DNA of 63,635 nt, counting the filler, from Licmophora abbreviata (lineage: Eukaryota), in NCBI GenBank assembly GCA_900291995.1. It is 17 parts of 17 records of this genome, joined end to end, with 100 filler letters (N's around TTAATTAATTAA, not from the genome) between each part and the next. Parts side by side here need not be neighbours in the genome. Positions count along the whole stretch, not along the records: positions 60,938 to 63,635 come from OLMU01004706.1; 16 more parts are not named here. One strand, 5' to 3'. A program made the position numbers and the translations under genes. The notes below the pieces were generated by a model that had not been told where the DNA came from, ran no database searches, and was given only the letters and a program-made list of their open reading frames with translations. This document shows positions 63,049 to 63,635 of this stretch, piece by piece (positions within the stretch are counted from its first letter, which is position 1; each line of letters opens with the position of its first letter).

Positions 63049-63635
63049 ATGATAACGCGCATCCTTGTCCTTCTCGCCCTGCTTTGCGGCCCTGTCTCGC
63101 TGGCTCCCATGGCCCGTGCCGACAGCTCCATGATCGAAGCCCGTATCCTGACCGGCTGGCGTCAGGACGATGGCAGCCATGTCGCCGCATTGCAATTGTC
63201 GATGCTGGATGGCTGGAAAACCTACTGGCGTGCGCCGGGTGATGCGGGCATTCCTCCGCGCTTCGACTGGGCAGGCTCCGACAACCTCGCTGCCGTGCAG
63301 ATCACCTGGCCCACCCCTCGATCCATCGATCAAGGCGGGCTGCGCACCATCGGGTATTCCGACACCGTCATCTGGCCACTGACCCTGACACCGGCCCGCG
63401 CGGGCCAGCCGATCACGCTCGCCGGCAAGATCGAACTGGGCGTCTGCAAGGATATCTGCGTGCCGGTCACGCTGATCCTGTCGCAGGATCTGCCCAAGGC
63501 GACACAGCGCGATCCCCGGATCGTCTCGGCGCTGGCCGCGCGCCCCTATTCCGCGCAAGAGGCCGGGGTGACATCGGTCCGCTGCAGCGTCAGCCCCGTC
63601 GAAGGCGGGCTTCGCCTGCGTGCGGATGTGAAACT
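63049..63635 (+). CDS. DsbD N-terminal-domain protein, runs off the window
   Basis: Manual translation: signal peptide, GWKTYWRAPGDAGIPP, GVCKDICVP. Confidence 0.85.
   Translation, partial: MITRILVLLALLCGPVSLAPMARADSSMIEARILTGWRQDDGSHVAALQLSMLDGWKTYWRAPGDAGIPPRFDWAGSDNLAAVQITWPTPRSIDQGGLRTIGYSDTVIWPLTLTPARAGQPITLAGKIELGVCKDICVPVTLILSQDLPKATQRDPRIVSALAARPYSAQEAGVTSVRCSVSPVEGGLRLRADVK

Noticed and set aside
1..63635. rRNA, tRNA, prophage, integrase or defence systems
   Set aside because: None was recognised by eye; a tRNAscan/Rfam/HMM search would be needed to exclude small elements.

Overview
This window is a stitched assembly, not one continuous molecule. Sixteen identical 100-nt spacers (44 N + TTAATTAATTAA + 44 N) split it into 17 pieces. 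Bases 1-12193 are eukaryotic, most likely diatom nuclear DNA. They carry GT-AG introns, two genes with bipartite plastid-targeting leaders (IF-1 and a methyltransferase), and SMPD4-like, BRAP2-like and MATE genes. Bases 12294-63635 are GC-rich alphaproteobacterial DNA, probably Rhodobacteraceae. Many genes there continue across the spacers, so much of the local order looks real. In order, the bacterial part holds: an IS-scarred K+ channel/RND/GDPD/HdeD region; an uncharacterised catabolic island (TTT transporter, FAH hydrolase, GntR, deacetylase-like and MetE-like enzymes); a GlpR/ABC/phosphodiesterase/Na-Pi cluster; a Tat dioxygenase-like plus ferric-reductase-like pair; a nicotinate-degradation cluster with a TRAP transporter; fpr; an RTX/SdrD-B adhesin with a structured leader; a DEAD-box helicase; a nucleoside ABC transporter with a deaminase; algH; and a DsbD-domain gene. 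The best candidates for undescribed biology are the TTT/MetE-like island, the unknown steps and regulation of the nicotinate cluster, and the adhesin leader RNA. All family calls come from recognising motifs by eye; no searches were run.
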